Source of the DNA: Desulfomonilia bacterium
Lineage (GTDB): Bacteria > Desulfobacterota > Desulfomonilia > UBA1062
Reading direction: 5' to 3'
Length of the DNA stretch: 64,000 nucleotides
Assembly: GCA_963664325.2 (NCBI GenBank)
Contig: CAXXDQ010000007.1
Location: forward strand, 128,001-192,000
The position numbers and the translations under genes were made by a program. Positions 9,511-18,719 of this stretch are shown in pieces (positions within the stretch are counted from its first letter, which is position 1; every line of letters begins with the position of its first letter). The notes beneath the pieces were generated by a model. The model did not search any database. It was not told the origin of the DNA and saw only the letters and a program-made list of their open reading frames with translations.

Positions 9511-10124
9511 ATCGCTTCCTGCATAAGATTTTCTGTAGTTCCACGGCCCTGCCTTAATATTTCCATCTCCCCGGTTTCAAGGCTTATGACCGTGGAGGGT
9601 TCGTCCGGTAGTATCCCGCTGTCGATTATAAGGTCGACCATGTGTCCGAGTTTGTCTTCTATCTCAAGCGGGTCGACATGGCGGCCCTGGGTTCCTATGG
9701 GGATGCTCGTCGTAACGATGGGCTCGCCGAGCTCGGCAATGAGCATTTCACAGAACCAGTGGTCGGGTATTCTGATCCCGATCGTCTTTCTGTTTGACTG
9801 CATGATCCTGGGCACCAGCTTTGTCGACGGCAGGATGATCGTGTACGGCCCGGGGAGGAGCTTTCTGATGATTCTGAAGGCATTGTTGTCGACATATGCA
9901 TACATGCTGATGTCCTTGAAATCCGAGAGCATGATGCTTCTGGGCTTGTCAGGGCCCTTTTTGACTTCGTTGATCTTGTCGATGCCCTTTTTATTCGAGA
10001 GCCTGCATCCGATTCCGTAGACGGTGTCAGTCGGGTAAACGATTATGCCGCCGTCTTTAAGTATTTCGACGGCCCGCTTGACGGCCCTGGGTTTTGGTAT
10101 GTATGGCTCGATCTCGATACGCAT
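9507..10124 (-). CDS. L-threonylcarbamoyladenylate synthase family (Sua5/YciO/YrdC)
   Basis: PTDTVYGIGC, LPGPYTIIL, TIGIRIP, PSTVI motifs. Confidence 0.9.
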   Translation of the reverse strand: MRIEIEPYIPKPRAVKRAVEILKDGGIIVYPTDTVYGIGCRLSNKKGIDKINEVKKGPDKPRSIMLSDFKDISMYAYVDNNAFRIIRKLLPGPYTIILPSTKLVPRIMQSNRKTIGIRIPDHWFCEMLIAELGEPIVTTSIPIGTQGRHVDPLEIEDKLGHMVDLIIDSGILPDEPSTVISLETGEMEILRQGRGTTENLMQEAI

Positions 10125-10128
10125 AAAG

Positions 10129-10884
10129 CTATTCCCTGATACACAGTCCTTTCAGGTCGATATTGGACAGCGATGCAAAGATGGAATACCTGAGTTTCGG
10201 GATGTCCGATTCCATTTTCTTCAGGTAGTCCTTAACCATATGCCTTTTGCCGTCCTTTCTCATTATGCACTCGTTTTTAACCGGCTCGACGTCCATAAAT
10301 GAAAAATATGAAGCAATTGTTTCCTCGGGGCAGTATGCCAATGGTCTTATGATCCTGTTTTTCCCGTCGTCCGAAACCCTGGAAGGGCTCATTGCCCCGA
10401 TTTGTCCCGTGAAGAAGCACCTTAGCACAAATGTCTCCACTATGTCATCCATATGATGGCCCAGCGCAATGGACGTTGCGCCGGTTTCTGCTGCATGTGT
10501 GTAGAGCACGCCGCGCCTCAGCCTGGAACACAAAGCGCAGGGGCTCTTTCCGGGATCGGACGATCCGGCCAGTATCCGGGCAATGCCGCTGTCGATAATG
10601 CCCATTTTCAGCCCCAGTTCGGATTCCGACCATGATGAGACGGCATCGAAGCCTTTTTCAAATCCCGTACTCACATGGACGGGGAGAAGCTCGAAATCAA
10701 CCGGCGCAGCCTTCTGCAGCATGTGGAGGACCCGCAGGAGCACGATGGAATCCTTGCCGCCCGAAACAGCGACGAGCACCCTGTCGCCGTCACTGATCAT
10801 CGAATAATCGCTTATCGCCCGGCCCGTCTGCTTCCTGAGCGCCTTTTCAAAGTATTTTATCCCGCGGGCTTTCATGGTCTTCAT
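10129..10884 (-). CDS. ttcA: tRNA 2-thiocytidine biosynthesis protein TtcA
   Basis: PP-loop SGGKDS, CALCSRLRRG, ALGHHMDD, IIRPL. Confidence 0.88.
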   Translation of the reverse strand: MKTMKARGIKYFEKALRKQTGRAISDYSMISDGDRVLVAVSGGKDSIVLLRVLHMLQKAAPVDFELLPVHVSTGFEKGFDAVSSWSESELGLKMGIIDSGIARILAGSSDPGKSPCALCSRLRRGVLYTHAAETGATSIALGHHMDDIVETFVLRCFFTGQIGAMSPSRVSDDGKNRIIRPLAYCPEETIASYFSFMDVEPVKNECIMRKDGKRHMVKDYLKKMESDIPKLRYSIFASLSNIDLKGLCIRE

Positions 10885-11801
10885 CTCTGGTCCAGGACCC
10901 CTTGTATCCCGGCCAGGGCGTCATCAGGATTGAAAAACCGGTCCATGCCGTAATGCCCCCTGTTCCATGTCATCTGCCGCTTGGCATAGTGGCGGGTGTC
11001 GCGCTTGACAAGTGAAACGGCATCACCCACCGGCAGTCCGTCCTGCAGATGTGCAACTAGGTGCTTGTAGCCGAGCGCCTGCATGGATTTAAGGCCTGGT
11101 GAATAGCCTGCTTCAAGGAGCCTCTTCGTTTCATCCACGAGCCCCATTGCAATCATTTCATCAACCCTCCGGTTTATCCTCTCATAAAGAATTTCTCGTT
11201 CCATCGAAATGCAGAGAACCCTGACGTTGAGTTTCGGCTCCCTGAAACCATGGCCCTCGTGCATCGCAGAAGGCTTTTCTCCGGTGAGCAGTATCATTTC
11301 CATATAACGGATTATACGCGAGGCGTCTGCGGGACTTATCTTTTCTGCGATGTCGGGGTCGTGGCGGTTAAGGATATCCCATGCCTTGTGCGAGCCGTTC
11401 GTTCTTATAAAGTCTCTCAAATTTTCTCTGATTTCTTCAGAGCGGGTAGGGCCCTCGCTGAGGCCGAATATAAGTGCCTTTATATATAAGCCTGTTCCTC
11501 CTGCAACTATCGGGATATGGCCGCGCGATACGATTTCGGCGGCAATTCTCAAAGCATCCTTTCTAAAGGCGCCTGCGTTATATTCCTCGTCAGGGTTCAT
11601 GATGTCTATAAGGTGGTGCGGCAGGATTTTCTGCTCCTCTAGCGTAGGCTTGGCAGTTGCTATGTCCATCCCGCGATAGATCTGCATGGAATCGGCCGAG
11701 ATTATTTCAATCGGGTATTTTCCGGCCAGCTTCAGAATAATGCCGGTCTTTCCCGAGGCTGTCGGCCCGGTCAGTATGATCAGGGGGTTCGTACCGTTCA
11801 C
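10881..11801 (-). CDS. miaA: tRNA dimethylallyltransferase
   Basis: GPTASGKT, DSMQIYRGMDIATAKP, GGTGLY, TRHYAKRQMTW. Confidence 0.97.
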   Translation of the reverse strand: MNGTNPLIILTGPTASGKTGIILKLAGKYPIEIISADSMQIYRGMDIATAKPTLEEQKILPHHLIDIMNPDEEYNAGAFRKDALRIAAEIVSRGHIPIVAGGTGLYIKALIFGLSEGPTRSEEIRENLRDFIRTNGSHKAWDILNRHDPDIAEKISPADASRIIRYMEMILLTGEKPSAMHEGHGFREPKLNVRVLCISMEREILYERINRRVDEMIAMGLVDETKRLLEAGYSPGLKSMQALGYKHLVAHLQDGLPVGDAVSLVKRDTRHYAKRQMTWNRGHYGMDRFFNPDDALAGIQGVLDQR

Positions 11802-11916
11802 AGGGTCTTTCTTACAACAATAAGCCGGAATAGGGTAGGGCTCATGTGAATATGCCTTTTAAAAGAGCTTTAAGCCTGATAGAGACGTTTTCTATGAAAC
11901 GTCCGAAGGACACGCT

Positions 11917-12828
11917 ATGCACAATGTGAAAAAAGCTTTCAAACCAAAACGGGGCGAGGAAAAGCAGTCGGTTTTCATAACAGCCCAACCGGCTGATCTG
12001 ATAACGTTTCTCACCGCCAGCATGCCCGGCAAAAGCCGAAAAACTATCCTGTCGCTGCTCACGCACCGGCAGGTCAGCGTGGACCATAAGATCACCACGC
12101 AGTACAACCATCCGCTGAATCCGGGCCAGCAGGTCATTGTAAACTGGAACAAGGTCCTTCAGGGCTCTCAGCACAAGGGCTTGAAAATCGTGTTTGAAGA
12201 CGCCGGCATTGTCGTTGTCGAAAAGCCCCACGGCCTGCTTTCCATTGCCACAGACAAGGAAAAGGACAGGACGGTCTACAGGATTTTGAGCGACCAGGCC
12301 AAAAAGATACACCCCAAGAACCTCATATTCATCGTGCACCGGCTGGACCGTGAGGTCTCGGGGCTTATGGTGTTCGCCAAGAACAGGGATATCAAGCAGA
12401 GACTTCAGGAGTCTTGGGACAAGGACGTGATCGAGAGAAAATATGTAGCGGTCGTCGAAGGCGTTGTCAAAGAAGACCAGGCCACGGTCACCTCATGGCT
12501 TAAGGAAAATAAGGCCCGCATCATGTACTCAAGCCATACCCCTGAAGACGGCCAGAAGGCCGTCACGCATTACAGGGTGCTGAAGAGGGGCAGGAACTTT
12601 TCCTTGCTCGAAGTGAGGCTCGAAACAGGCCGCAAAAACCAGATACGCGTGCACATGAAGGATATCGGCCACAGTGTTGCCGGCGACGTCAAATACGGTG
12701 CGCACAGGAAGGACCTTGGCCGCCTGGGCCTGCATGCTTTTTCGCTGGCATTCAGGCATCCGGTCACGGGCGAAGCGTTGCGCTTCGAGACCCCGGTCCC
12801 GGGTATTTTCCTGAGCCTGTTTAAATAG
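11917..12828 (+). CDS. RluA/RluD-family pseudouridine synthase
   Basis: VHRLDREVSG catalytic motif, ETGRKNQIRVH, LHAFSLAFRHP. Confidence 0.93.
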   Translation: MHNVKKAFKPKRGEEKQSVFITAQPADLITFLTASMPGKSRKTILSLLTHRQVSVDHKITTQYNHPLNPGQQVIVNWNKVLQGSQHKGLKIVFEDAGIVVVEKPHGLLSIATDKEKDRTVYRILSDQAKKIHPKNLIFIVHRLDREVSGLMVFAKNRDIKQRLQESWDKDVIERKYVAVVEGVVKEDQATVTSWLKENKARIMYSSHTPEDGQKAVTHYRVLKRGRNFSLLEVRLETGRKNQIRVHMKDIGHSVAGDVKYGAHRKDLGRLGLHAFSLAFRHPVTGEALRFETPVPGIFLSLFK

Positions 12829-12940
12829 CGGCGGAAGGATTCAGAGACAACAGGTGCTGTTAATGCTTGTAAAAAATATTTTTAAATCATCTGAACATAT
12901 TAATCGGAGAAGGTTTGCGGCTGCGCCTGAATGCTCATGA

Positions 12941-12969
12941 AGGCTTATGAGCTGACAAGTAAAATCAAA
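12941..12969 (+). repeat. Partial third copy of the octamer-periodic repeat
   Basis: AGGCTTATGAGCTGACAAGTAAAATCAAA matches 18204-18232 at 25/29. Confidence 0.65.
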
Positions 12970-13088
12970 ATATCAGGCCATGTTGAAACAATGAGCCTCA
13001 GCGCACATATGGTGTTGCCGATTCTTGTACGACTGCCTGCATTGCAGGCTGTCCGGTTGCCCTCATCCCGTCAGGGGATTCCCGGCGC

Positions 13089-13526
13089 TTACGGGTTACT
13101 CTCCATGATTATATTGACGAGTTCATCGTATTCGTCATGGTTGAAGGGCGGCTTGGCAGTAGCAAGCAGCCAGAGCTCGACCTGCCTCTGCGGATCAAGG
13201 TAGCAGGCTGTTCCTGTCGGCTCCCCTCCTGCCGTATTTTGTACTATAACCTGGCCATGACAGGCCCGGATTATCTGGACATAATCTGATGATGTGGCGG
13301 GAACCTGTACGGTGAAACCGCGATAACCTAAACCATCATGGCAGGTACATATTTCCTGGGTCTGATCCAATTGGGAGATCATATTTTTCAGGTTGTATAC
13401 CTCAGCAGGGGTAAGCATCCAGGTTGGATCTTCGCGTCCGGAGTAAATATTCAACTCAACTTTGGACGTGCATCCCAGTAACGATAAAAACCCCAGCAGC
13501 AGCCATCCTTTTTTTACAATACCCAT
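13089..13526 (-). CDS. Hypothetical lipoprotein
   Basis: Lipobox LLGC; 'VELNIYSGREDPTW' and 'LGYRGFTV' motifs; RBS GGAGG. Confidence 0.65.
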   Translation of the reverse strand: MGIVKKGWLLLGFLSLLGCTSKVELNIYSGREDPTWMLTPAEVYNLKNMISQLDQTQEICTCHDGLGYRGFTVQVPATSSDYVQIIRACHGQVIVQNTAGGEPTGTACYLDPQRQVELWLLATAKPPFNHDEYDELVNIIMESNP

Positions 13527-13682
13527 TTTGATTTCCTCCCTTTTCCACATAAGATAAAATATTATATTGTCGGATTTATGATAATCCCGTTATCCGGTAA
13601 AAGCAACTTGAGGTTGCCTGTGCCTAGGGGGAAATATGGAGGGATACCAAGAAAATAACTTCAATATCATCCGGGTCGGAAA

Positions 13683-14021
13683 ATGAAAGATTCACAAAGA
13701 ATCGCAAGGGAAAAGAAAACCGTAAAAATAATGATTGGGATATACTGCACCGCCCATCATGGCAATGCTTCTGGAATATGCGGGGAGTGCGCAGGGCTTT
13801 ATGATTATGCCGTGCGCCGGACCGATAAATGCCCGTTTAAAGAGCGGAAGCCTGTTTGCGGCAGATGCCAGGTGCATTGCCATAAGCCGGAGATGAGAGA
13901 GAAGATGCGCGCGGTCATGCGCTATTCAGGTCCGAAAATTCTGCTGTCGCACCCCGTCTTAGGTGTAATGCATATTATCGACAGGTTCAGATATAAGGCG
14001 GATAAGGACAGGCGTCCTTAG
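13683..14021 (+). CDS. Nitrous oxide-stimulated promoter family (YgbA-like) Cys-rich protein
   Basis: REKKTV..MI..YC..HH, CP...KP.C..C..HC, VMRYSGP..L..HP. Confidence 0.85.
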   Translation: MKDSQRIAREKKTVKIMIGIYCTAHHGNASGICGECAGLYDYAVRRTDKCPFKERKPVCGRCQVHCHKPEMREKMRAVMRYSGPKILLSHPVLGVMHIIDRFRYKADKDRRP

Positions 14022-14479
14022 TCTGTTGCTCCGCACTCGGACTGAGTGTAATTGCTCATATAAAACACCACGAACCCCCCGGTCTCCTGCGCCATATAGC
14101 AAAGGTCGGACCTGTCTGCGGAATGCGATTCAAGGATGTTCCTGAATCCAAGCAATTCGGAGGGCATGGCAAAAGTGCCGGAATAGCATTCTGACTGCGT
14201 TTCTGCCGGGAAGCTCAGGCATACCGCATCCGTGAAAGCGGCCATTTTCTCCGCGCTGTTGACATATTTATTCAGGATATCCAGAAGGAGCGCTTTGTCA
14301 GGATAATCACCTTCCATACAGCTGTAATAGTCATTATAGTATAACCCGCCATGCAGGAGAATGCTGGCGTCGGCGCAGTAATCGTCAGCCTTCTGTTCAT
14401 TATTGCTGCTTCCGCAGGAAGTTAAGGCGGTAAAAAAGAAAATGGTGATAATTAGCATGAAATTTATCTTCAAGGGCAT
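14018..14479 (-). CDS. Hypothetical lipoprotein
   Basis: Lipobox LTSC, several Cys, RBS GGAGG. Confidence 0.6.
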   Translation of the reverse strand: MPLKINFMLIITIFFFTALTSCGSSNNEQKADDYCADASILLHGGLYYNDYYSCMEGDYPDKALLLDILNKYVNSAEKMAAFTDAVCLSFPAETQSECYSGTFAMPSELLGFRNILESHSADRSDLCYMAQETGGFVVFYMSNYTQSECGATD

Positions 14480-14628
14480 CTACCTCCACTTTTTATATAC
14501 TTCGGCATATTGGGATTAAATAATTATATTTTGGGTAATAATTAGATGTGTGAATTGTAATGTCCTGAAAGCTGCATGATGATATACTTTTAAAATTAGT
14601 CAGAAAATTATTTCCTGGAGGATATGTT

Positions 14629-16038
14629 ATGACTGCACAGAGAGTCCATTCATTTACAGATGACGTACTGGCCGATCACGATGCAACGGGCATTGCAGCG
14701 CTTATAAGGGATCGCAAGATCAGCGCGGAAGAAGCCGCTGCCGCCGCCATTGCCCGCGCACGCAAGGTCAACGGCGAACTGAACGCCGTCGCATTCGAGG
14801 CTTATGAGCGTGCGCTGGTTGAATCGCGCTCAGATAAAACGGGGATTTTTGCAGGCGTTCCAACCTTTATCAAGGACAATGTAGATGTCATGGGCATGCC
14901 CACAAGGTACGGCTCTCAGGCTACTTCGGCGAAACCAGCCCGCAGGGACGACCCGTTTGCCGCACAGCTCATGCGGCTCGGTTTTACCGTGCTCGGAAAA
15001 AGCAGGCTTCCCGAATTCGGTTTCAACGCCACCACCGAATTCAGCGATCAGGATCCGGCGCACAATCCCTGGCGCACCGCATATTCCACGGGCGGTTCTT
15101 CCGGAGGATCAGCGGCCCTGGTTGCATCCGGAGTCGTGCCTGTCGCTCATGGCAATGACGGGGGAGGCTCCATACGCATCCCGTCATCATGCAACGGTCT
15201 TATAGGCATGAAGCCTTCCCTCGGACGTTTTATAGTATGCCAGATGGCCCGGTCCCTGCCCATCAACATCATCGGCGACGGTCTTCTGACCCGCTCAGTG
15301 AGGGATACGGCCAGGTTTTTTAATGGCATGGAGCAGGTGTGGCAAAACAGCAAATTGCCTCCTGTGGGAGATATTCAGGGGCCAGGGAAAAAACGCCTGC
15401 GCATAGGGCTTGTTATGGATTCGATCACAGGCATACCCTCATGCGGTGAAACCTGCAAAACCGTCAATGATACTGCAGCGCTGATGGAAAGTCTCGGGCA
15501 TCGCGTGGAGCCCATGAAGGTTCCGGTTGAAAAGATTTTTATAGAAGATTTCACACTTTACTGGGGATTCCTGGCTTTCTCGATCAGCACCTTCGGGCGT
15601 CTCATAGTATCGTTTGATTTTGACGCATCGAAACTGGAACCCTTCAGCCGGGGCCTGGTGCGCTATTTCCGAAAGCGCATGATGAAGACGCCAGGCATGC
15701 TGTACCGTCTGCGACGCTGTGCAGCCGATTATGACGCGGCACTTGCGGGGTATGATGCTGTTTTGTCACCGGTGCTTGCACATACCGTGGCCGAACTCGG
15801 ATATCTGCATCCCGATATCGAGTTCGACGAGCTGTTCCGGCGCCTGATCGAATATGTGTCGTTTACGCCCGTCAATAACGCCTCAGGCTCGCCTGCCATC
15901 ACGCTGCCCATGGGTGCAGACGCCAATGGCGTGCCTGTGGGTGTGCAGTTCATGGCGGCAACCGGGCGGGAGCGCACCCTGCTTGAAATCGCATATGAAA
16001 TTGAGGAGGCGCATCCCTGGAGAAAAATTACCGGGTGA
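14629..16038 (+). CDS. Amidase (amidase signature family)
   Basis: GVPTFIKD, GGSSGGSAA, DGGGSIRIP. Confidence 0.93.
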   Translation: MTAQRVHSFTDDVLADHDATGIAALIRDRKISAEEAAAAAIARARKVNGELNAVAFEAYERALVESRSDKTGIFAGVPTFIKDNVDVMGMPTRYGSQATSAKPARRDDPFAAQLMRLGFTVLGKSRLPEFGFNATTEFSDQDPAHNPWRTAYSTGGSSGGSAALVASGVVPVAHGNDGGGSIRIPSSCNGLIGMKPSLGRFIVCQMARSLPINIIGDGLLTRSVRDTARFFNGMEQVWQNSKLPPVGDIQGPGKKRLRIGLVMDSITGIPSCGETCKTVNDTAALMESLGHRVEPMKVPVEKIFIEDFTLYWGFLAFSISTFGRLIVSFDFDASKLEPFSRGLVRYFRKRMMKTPGMLYRLRRCAADYDAALAGYDAVLSPVLAHTVAELGYLHPDIEFDELFRRLIEYVSFTPVNNASGSPAITLPMGADANGVPVGVQFMAATGRERTLLEIAYEIEEAHPWRKITG

Positions 16039-16089
16039 TGAAACCTGGAGACTCAGGCTTTTCAGCTTTTACCTGCCGATTGCGGCAGG

Positions 16090-17055
16090 TCAAACCATGA
16101 AGTAAAGCAGCGCCGGAATGGTAACAAGGCTTATCAGATATGTTGCAATGACCAGGGCGGCGGCCAGAGGACCGTCACACCCGTACCTGTCGGCCAGGAC
16201 CGCAGCGATCGCCCCTGAAGGCATGGCGGATTCTATAAGAATGATCTGACGGGTGAGGAACGGCAGACCTGCGGCATGCGGCAGCAGCAATGCTAGGGCA
16301 GGCTCGATAAGCATCTTCACCAGAACCACCAGAGCGAGCAGAGGGATGAATTTCCTGAGCCTGACAGGCTTGAGCATGAGGCCGATTGCGATCCAGACCA
16401 GAAGGTCGACGGAATGTTTGATGACATCGAAAAAGCCAGTAAAGATTTCAGTGAACGCGACAGTTCCTGGAACCCTGTAATAAGATGTGAGAACGGATGC
16501 GATGATCCCCAGAATAAACGCGATGAAAATAGGCGTTGAAAGAAAATCTTTAAGGGTAACCAGTTTGGAATGTTCTGCGTTCTCTTCTTTTCTGCCGAAA
16601 AAGTCAGCAATGAGAACCCCGATCGTAAAAAAGGGAAGGGCTACCCCCAGCGTTGCCATTGTGATCCCCTGGCCGAGGGCTTCGCTCCCGTGACCGAATA
16701 TACTGACCAGAAGGGGGACGGCGAAAGTCGAGGTGCTCCCGAATGTCCCGACAATAATGAGTGTGCCGGTCGTTCGGGCCGGCAGATGCAAGATCAGGCA
16801 TATCAAATAAACGATCAGCATGCAGATGATGAGGGAGGCAAGAATAATCAGCGCCGGAACTATCCAGTCGGCCCTGAACGAGATCGTTGCCATACCCGTA
16901 AAAATAACCGCCGGCAGGGCAAGTTCGGTTACCAGGCGATCAAAAACTCCCTGGTGGCTGTCATTGAAGACACCCCTTAATTTTAAGAGACGGATGATAA
17001 TGACGATCAGCAGAAATATCATCACCAGTTCGAGAAGGGGAAGCGATATCCTCAT
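16090..17055 (-). CDS. AEC (auxin efflux carrier) family transporter
   Basis: About 10 TM segments, LVTELALPAVIF and AMPSG..AAVLADRYG motifs. Confidence 0.85.
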   Translation of the reverse strand: MRISLPLLELVMIFLLIVIIIRLLKLRGVFNDSHQGVFDRLVTELALPAVIFTGMATISFRADWIVPALIILASLIICMLIVYLICLILHLPARTTGTLIIVGTFGSTSTFAVPLLVSIFGHGSEALGQGITMATLGVALPFFTIGVLIADFFGRKEENAEHSKLVTLKDFLSTPIFIAFILGIIASVLTSYYRVPGTVAFTEIFTGFFDVIKHSVDLLVWIAIGLMLKPVRLRKFIPLLALVVLVKMLIEPALALLLPHAAGLPFLTRQIILIESAMPSGAIAAVLADRYGCDGPLAAALVIATYLISLVTIPALLYFMV

Positions 17056-17153
17056 GGTTGCAGCCCTCCGGGCGTAACTTTCCTCTGTTCTTTCCGGTTT
17101 TCTCTATTCGATTTGTTTATATCCATCGGGTTCATGCTTTTCACCGTTTTCGA

Positions 17154-18110
17154 TCAGGTTAAAAAATATATGAGAAGAGGTATGGTCAGAAGACTTACCA
17201 GATATGTCGCGATCACGATTGTCGAAGCGAGCGGCCCGTCACACCCGTAGCGGTCTGCAATGACAGCGGCCACGGCTCCGGACGGCATTGCCGCTTCGAT
17301 AACGAGTATTTCAGAAGGAAGCGAGCTCAGCCCTGCAGCACCTGCGCCGCCCTTTACGAGGAGCGGCTGGACAAAGAGTTTCAAGAGCACGATTACGATC
17401 AGGAGCGGAAGGATGTCCCTGACCTTGATGGGCTTGAGCATGAGGCCTATCGAGATAGCGACAAGAATTTCCAGACCGTTGTTGAAATAGCCGAAGAAAT
17501 CCGTCCAGAAACGAATTTTCATAAATGCCGATGCAGCTGGTATCTGTGAAACTATGATTCCAAGCATGCACGCGATGAAGATGTTCGATGAGAAAAAATC
17601 CCTGATGACCGGAATTACATCCGGTTTTTTCATCTCGGCCCTTCCTCCGAAATACGCCGCTATGATTACGCCGATGGTGAAGAACGGGATGCAGACCCCG
17701 AATTCGCCTATCATAAGGCCGAGCGCCATGGCTTCCGTATTGCCAGCGAATGTCTGCTTGATCAACGGGTATGCAAGCGTTGATGTGCTTCCGAATCCCG
17801 CAAGCATGACCATGGAGCCGGTCACGCGGTATGACAGGCGCAATGCGCGGCAGATGATATAGGCGATAAGGCAGCAGATTATGATGGAAGCGAGCATGAT
17901 GCCTGCCGAGAGTATCTGGCTTATTTTGATGCTGCTTACCGAAAGCGTGGAAAAGATGATGACCGGAAGGGCGAGTTCGGTTACGAGCCTGTTGAAAACC
18001 GGCTGGTGGCTGTTGTTGAAAACCCCCTTAAGCTTGAGCATCTGGATAAAGACGACGAGTATAAAGAAAATCGTTATGGATTTTAAGAGAGGGTAAATAT
18101 GCTCCATCAT
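17154..18110 (-). CDS. AEC family transporter (tandem paralog)
   Basis: Shares LKGVFN.SHQ.VF.RLVTELALP and ADRYGCDGPLA with the neighbouring gene. Confidence 0.85.
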   Translation of the reverse strand: MMEHIYPLLKSITIFFILVVFIQMLKLKGVFNNSHQPVFNRLVTELALPVIIFSTLSVSSIKISQILSAGIMLASIIICCLIAYIICRALRLSYRVTGSMVMLAGFGSTSTLAYPLIKQTFAGNTEAMALGLMIGEFGVCIPFFTIGVIIAAYFGGRAEMKKPDVIPVIRDFFSSNIFIACMLGIIVSQIPAASAFMKIRFWTDFFGYFNNGLEILVAISIGLMLKPIKVRDILPLLIVIVLLKLFVQPLLVKGGAGAAGLSSLPSEILVIEAAMPSGAVAAVIADRYGCDGPLASTIVIATYLVSLLTIPLLIYFLT

Positions 18111-18187
18111 TCATCCTTCAGGCTTGGGGTCATATCAGACTAATCGGCAGGCAACCCGGAATGGTTTAGTCCTCGCAGCGAAATTGA

Positions 18188-18235
18188 AAGCTGATAAGCT
18201 ATTAAGCTGTTGAGCTGATAAGTAAAATCAAATGC
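18188..18235 (+). repeat. 48-bp octamer-periodic direct repeat, copy A
   Basis: AAGCTGAT AAGCTATT AAGCTGTT GAGCTGAT AAGTAAAA TCAAATGC; 44/48 identical to 18635-18682; degenerate inverted copy at about 18237-18260. Confidence 0.85.
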
Positions 18236-18288
18236 TCTTAATAACTTAATTTGTTATCAGTGTTTCTGGTAGGCTCCTAACTGAATGT

Positions 18289-18307
18289 TGTACCCTATAG
18301 GGTTGCA
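18289..18307. promoter_or_regulatory. Palindromic operator upstream of higA
   Basis: Perfect 12-bp palindrome ACCCTATAGGGT (18292-18303) 23 nt before the higA ATG. Confidence 0.55.
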
Positions 18308-18326
18308 TGGTAAGGGAGTCAAAGTT

Positions 18327-18611
18327 ATGATTACAAAGAGAAGACCCACTCATCCCGGGCTCGTGTTTAACGAAGATGTCTTAAAACCCCTTGGGATTAC
18401 CATAACCGAGGCATCAAAACATCTCGGTGTGAGTAGAAAAACTTTGAGTGAACTGGTTAACGGGCGTGTAGCACTGAGTCCTGATATGGCTATCAGAATC
18501 GGAAAGGCAACGAATACTACCCCGGAAAGCTGGCTGCAAATGCAAGGAAAACTTGACCTTTGGATAGCCGGCCAGAGAGAATACAAAATTAATGCATTAA
18601 AGGCGGCATAG
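18327..18611 (+). CDS. higA: HigA-family antitoxin (Xre HTH), without cognate toxin
   Basis: PTHPG..F..D.L.PLG.TITEA...LGVSRKTLSELVNG...S..MA.R....TTPESWL.MQ..LDLW. Confidence 0.9.
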   Translation: MITKRRPTHPGLVFNEDVLKPLGITITEASKHLGVSRKTLSELVNGRVALSPDMAIRIGKATNTTPESWLQMQGKLDLWIAGQREYKINALKAA

Positions 18612-18634
18612 GTATGAGACGGGGAAAAATCGTC

Positions 18635-18682
18635 AAGCTGATCAGCTATTAAGCTGATGAGCTGTTAAGTAAAATCCAATGC
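18635..18682 (+). repeat. 48-bp octamer-periodic direct repeat, copy B
   Basis: AAGCTGAT CAGCTATT AAGCTGAT GAGCTGTT AAGTAAAA TCCAATGC; 44/48 identical to copy A. Confidence 0.85.
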
Positions 18683-18719
18683 AGAAATGCAAGCTTAAAG
18701 GCCTGAAACCATTTGGCTC

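Noticed and set aside
18188-18682. 48-bp direct repeats as a CRISPR array
   Set aside because: Only two full copies about 400 bp apart with a gene between them, internal 8-bp periodicity, and no cas genes
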